The notes under the pieces were generated by a model. The model did not search any database and had not been told where the DNA came from. It worked only from the letters and a program-made list of their open reading frames with translations. From positions 1,024,001 to 1,088,000 of the forward strand of contig CAVTRN010000002.1 of the NCBI GenBank assembly GCA_963737155.1: a DNA stretch of 64,000 bases, in the 5' to 3' direction. The DNA is from Nitrospirota bacterium (GTDB lineage Bacteria > Nitrospirota > UBA9217). The position numbers and the translations under genes were made by a program. Positions 62,695 to 64,000 of this stretch are shown here, piece by piece; the stretch's first letter is position 1, and each line of letters opens with the position of its first letter.

Positions 62695-63765
62695 ATGTTT
62701 ATTATTGATCAAACCATCGAGAATTTAAAAATCGGGGAGAGGAACGTGATTAAGGTGTTCTTCTCGATGAACAACCATCAGGTCGCCACCCCGGAAATGA
62801 TGCTCGAGGAAACCCGCAGTTACATCGTATTCTTTCGCGAAGCAAAAGATAAAATATCCGCCTACATCGGGTTGCACCTGCTTCTAACGGACCGAAAGCT
62901 ATATTACGCCCATTCATCGAATCCCTTTCCGGGGGAAGAATTAGATGCTGTTCAAGAAGAGGCGATCAGCTTCGCCGAGGGACTTGGTGCTATGCTCGAT
63001 GAATTGGACTTTGCCCAACTGTCTCCCGGGGAAGCTAACCGCTGGATAGACAAACAGGATATTTTTAGAAGTATCCCGGAGCTTCGGAGCGCCGCTGAGA
63101 CTGAAACGCCTGAGGTGGCACAACCGCAACCGCCAGTCGGACAGCAGGAACCCTCGAGACCCGAACTGGTCCCGGTACAAGCAATACCATCACAGGCGCC
63201 CCTGCAGCCCCAGGAGCAACCCTTTCTGCCTGCGCCCATGCCCTCATCCTCGCAAGAGGTATCGCGGCAGGCGGATTCTAAACCGCACCCCCCCCATTTG
63301 CAGCAGGTTTCCGCATCGCAGCCTGCGCATGATGCGCCGCAGGTAGACTCGGTTCAACCGGCTCCACAGCAGATGTTGCCGCAGACTCCCGAGGTCGAGC
63401 ATCCGTTGCATGCGCAACCCGCAGCATCTTCACCGCGAAGTCAGGGATTGGCGGAAGAGGAATCAGGGGATAGGCAGCCGTATGAGCACGGTCCCGTGGT
63501 GCTGAAAAGGGAGAATCTGCACCCGCCGCAAAAGACAATGGATGCAGGTTTGCCAGGGACGCAAACCGAACCGCCCTTCCGGGCAGCGGTGCCGAAAACT
63601 CCCTTGTCCACCGAACGTAAAGGCATGCAGGAAATATTTCAGCAGGCAACATGTTCGGATTTTGTCAACGTACCGAAACAAACAGGGAAGAAAAAGTCCC
63701 AGCCTGCGGCCGGTTTCGCAAGCCGCGAACGCGAAGCGCTTGCTCGCTTGCTCACATCATTTTGA
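62695..63765 (+). CDS. Hypothetical protein: globular N-domain, Pro/Gln-rich linker, C-terminal helix
   Basis: 356 aa; low-complexity middle; ends REALARLLTSF; precedes a TPR lipoprotein. Confidence 0.7.
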   Translation: MFIIDQTIENLKIGERNVIKVFFSMNNHQVATPEMMLEETRSYIVFFREAKDKISAYIGLHLLLTDRKLYYAHSSNPFPGEELDAVQEEAISFAEGLGAMLDELDFAQLSPGEANRWIDKQDIFRSIPELRSAAETETPEVAQPQPPVGQQEPSRPELVPVQAIPSQAPLQPQEQPFLPAPMPSSSQEVSRQADSKPHPPHLQQVSASQPAHDAPQVDSVQPAPQQMLPQTPEVEHPLHAQPAASSPRSQGLAEEESGDRQPYEHGPVVLKRENLHPPQKTMDAGLPGTQTEPPFRAAVPKTPLSTERKGMQEIFQQATCSDFVNVPKQTGKKKSQPAAGFASREREALARLLTSF

Positions 63766-63778
63766 AAGGAGTAAGGAT

Positions 63779-64000
63779 ATGAAGACCGTGATTCTGATTG
63801 TTCTTCTAGCGCTGGTGGGGTGTGTCACGACGGGAAGCAAAACCATAGGCAAATCCCAAATGGCGTCAGGTTATTTTGATAAAGGGCTCGCCTATTTCCA
63901 ACAGAAAAACCTCGAATTGGCCTCCGTGGAATTCAACCGCTCCATTCAGACCGACAGTTCCTTCAAGCTGTCCTACTATTATCTCGGTGTCATCAGCAAT
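63779..64000 (+). CDS. TPR lipoprotein, PilF/PilW/Tgl-like (truncated by the window edge)
   Basis: RBS AAGGAG; MKTVILIVLLALVGC lipobox, then TPR YFDKGLAYF...A...F..SI......SYYYLG. Confidence 0.65.
   Translation, partial: MKTVILIVLLALVGCVTTGSKTIGKSQMASGYFDKGLAYFQQKNLELASVEFNRSIQTDSSFKLSYYYLGVISN

Overview
64-kb bacterial chromosomal window. The gene content and order look Nitrospirota/Desulfobacterota-like, which is an inference. The core backbone is tRNA-Leu-tig-clpP-clpX-engB; smg-topA-xerC-hslVU-argB; rpsF-ssb-rpsR; an ECF sigma/anti-sigma/Spy-like trio; an aspartate-family operon; an EF-G paralog; dut, mutL, miaA, hfq, mtnP and pfkB. Four things stand out. (1) An extracellular electron transfer locus at about 11.2-23.3 kb. 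It has two tandem MtrC/OmcA-type decaheme lipoproteins, each with a collagen-like (G-X-N)n tether rich in N-G-T sequons; the first sits behind a palindrome-IHF-sigma54 promoter. They are followed by a Geobacter ExtBCD-like porin, pentaheme and 10-heme lipoprotein set and a lone GspC-like gene, with no MtrAB/ExtA. (2) A hom-tusA-moeB-JAB-thrC-like-ThiS(GG-RC)-NIL-apgM-lysC operon, which looks like a sulfur-carrier-protein route from O-phosphohomoserine to homocysteine. (3) An edge-truncated HYYFY-motif putative transposase missed by the ORF track. (4) Two decayed group II introns (one inserted into the cytochrome terminator, one with its ORF internally deleted) and several small gene relics. 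No CRISPR or rRNA was seen. All family assignments come from motif recognition, not database searches.
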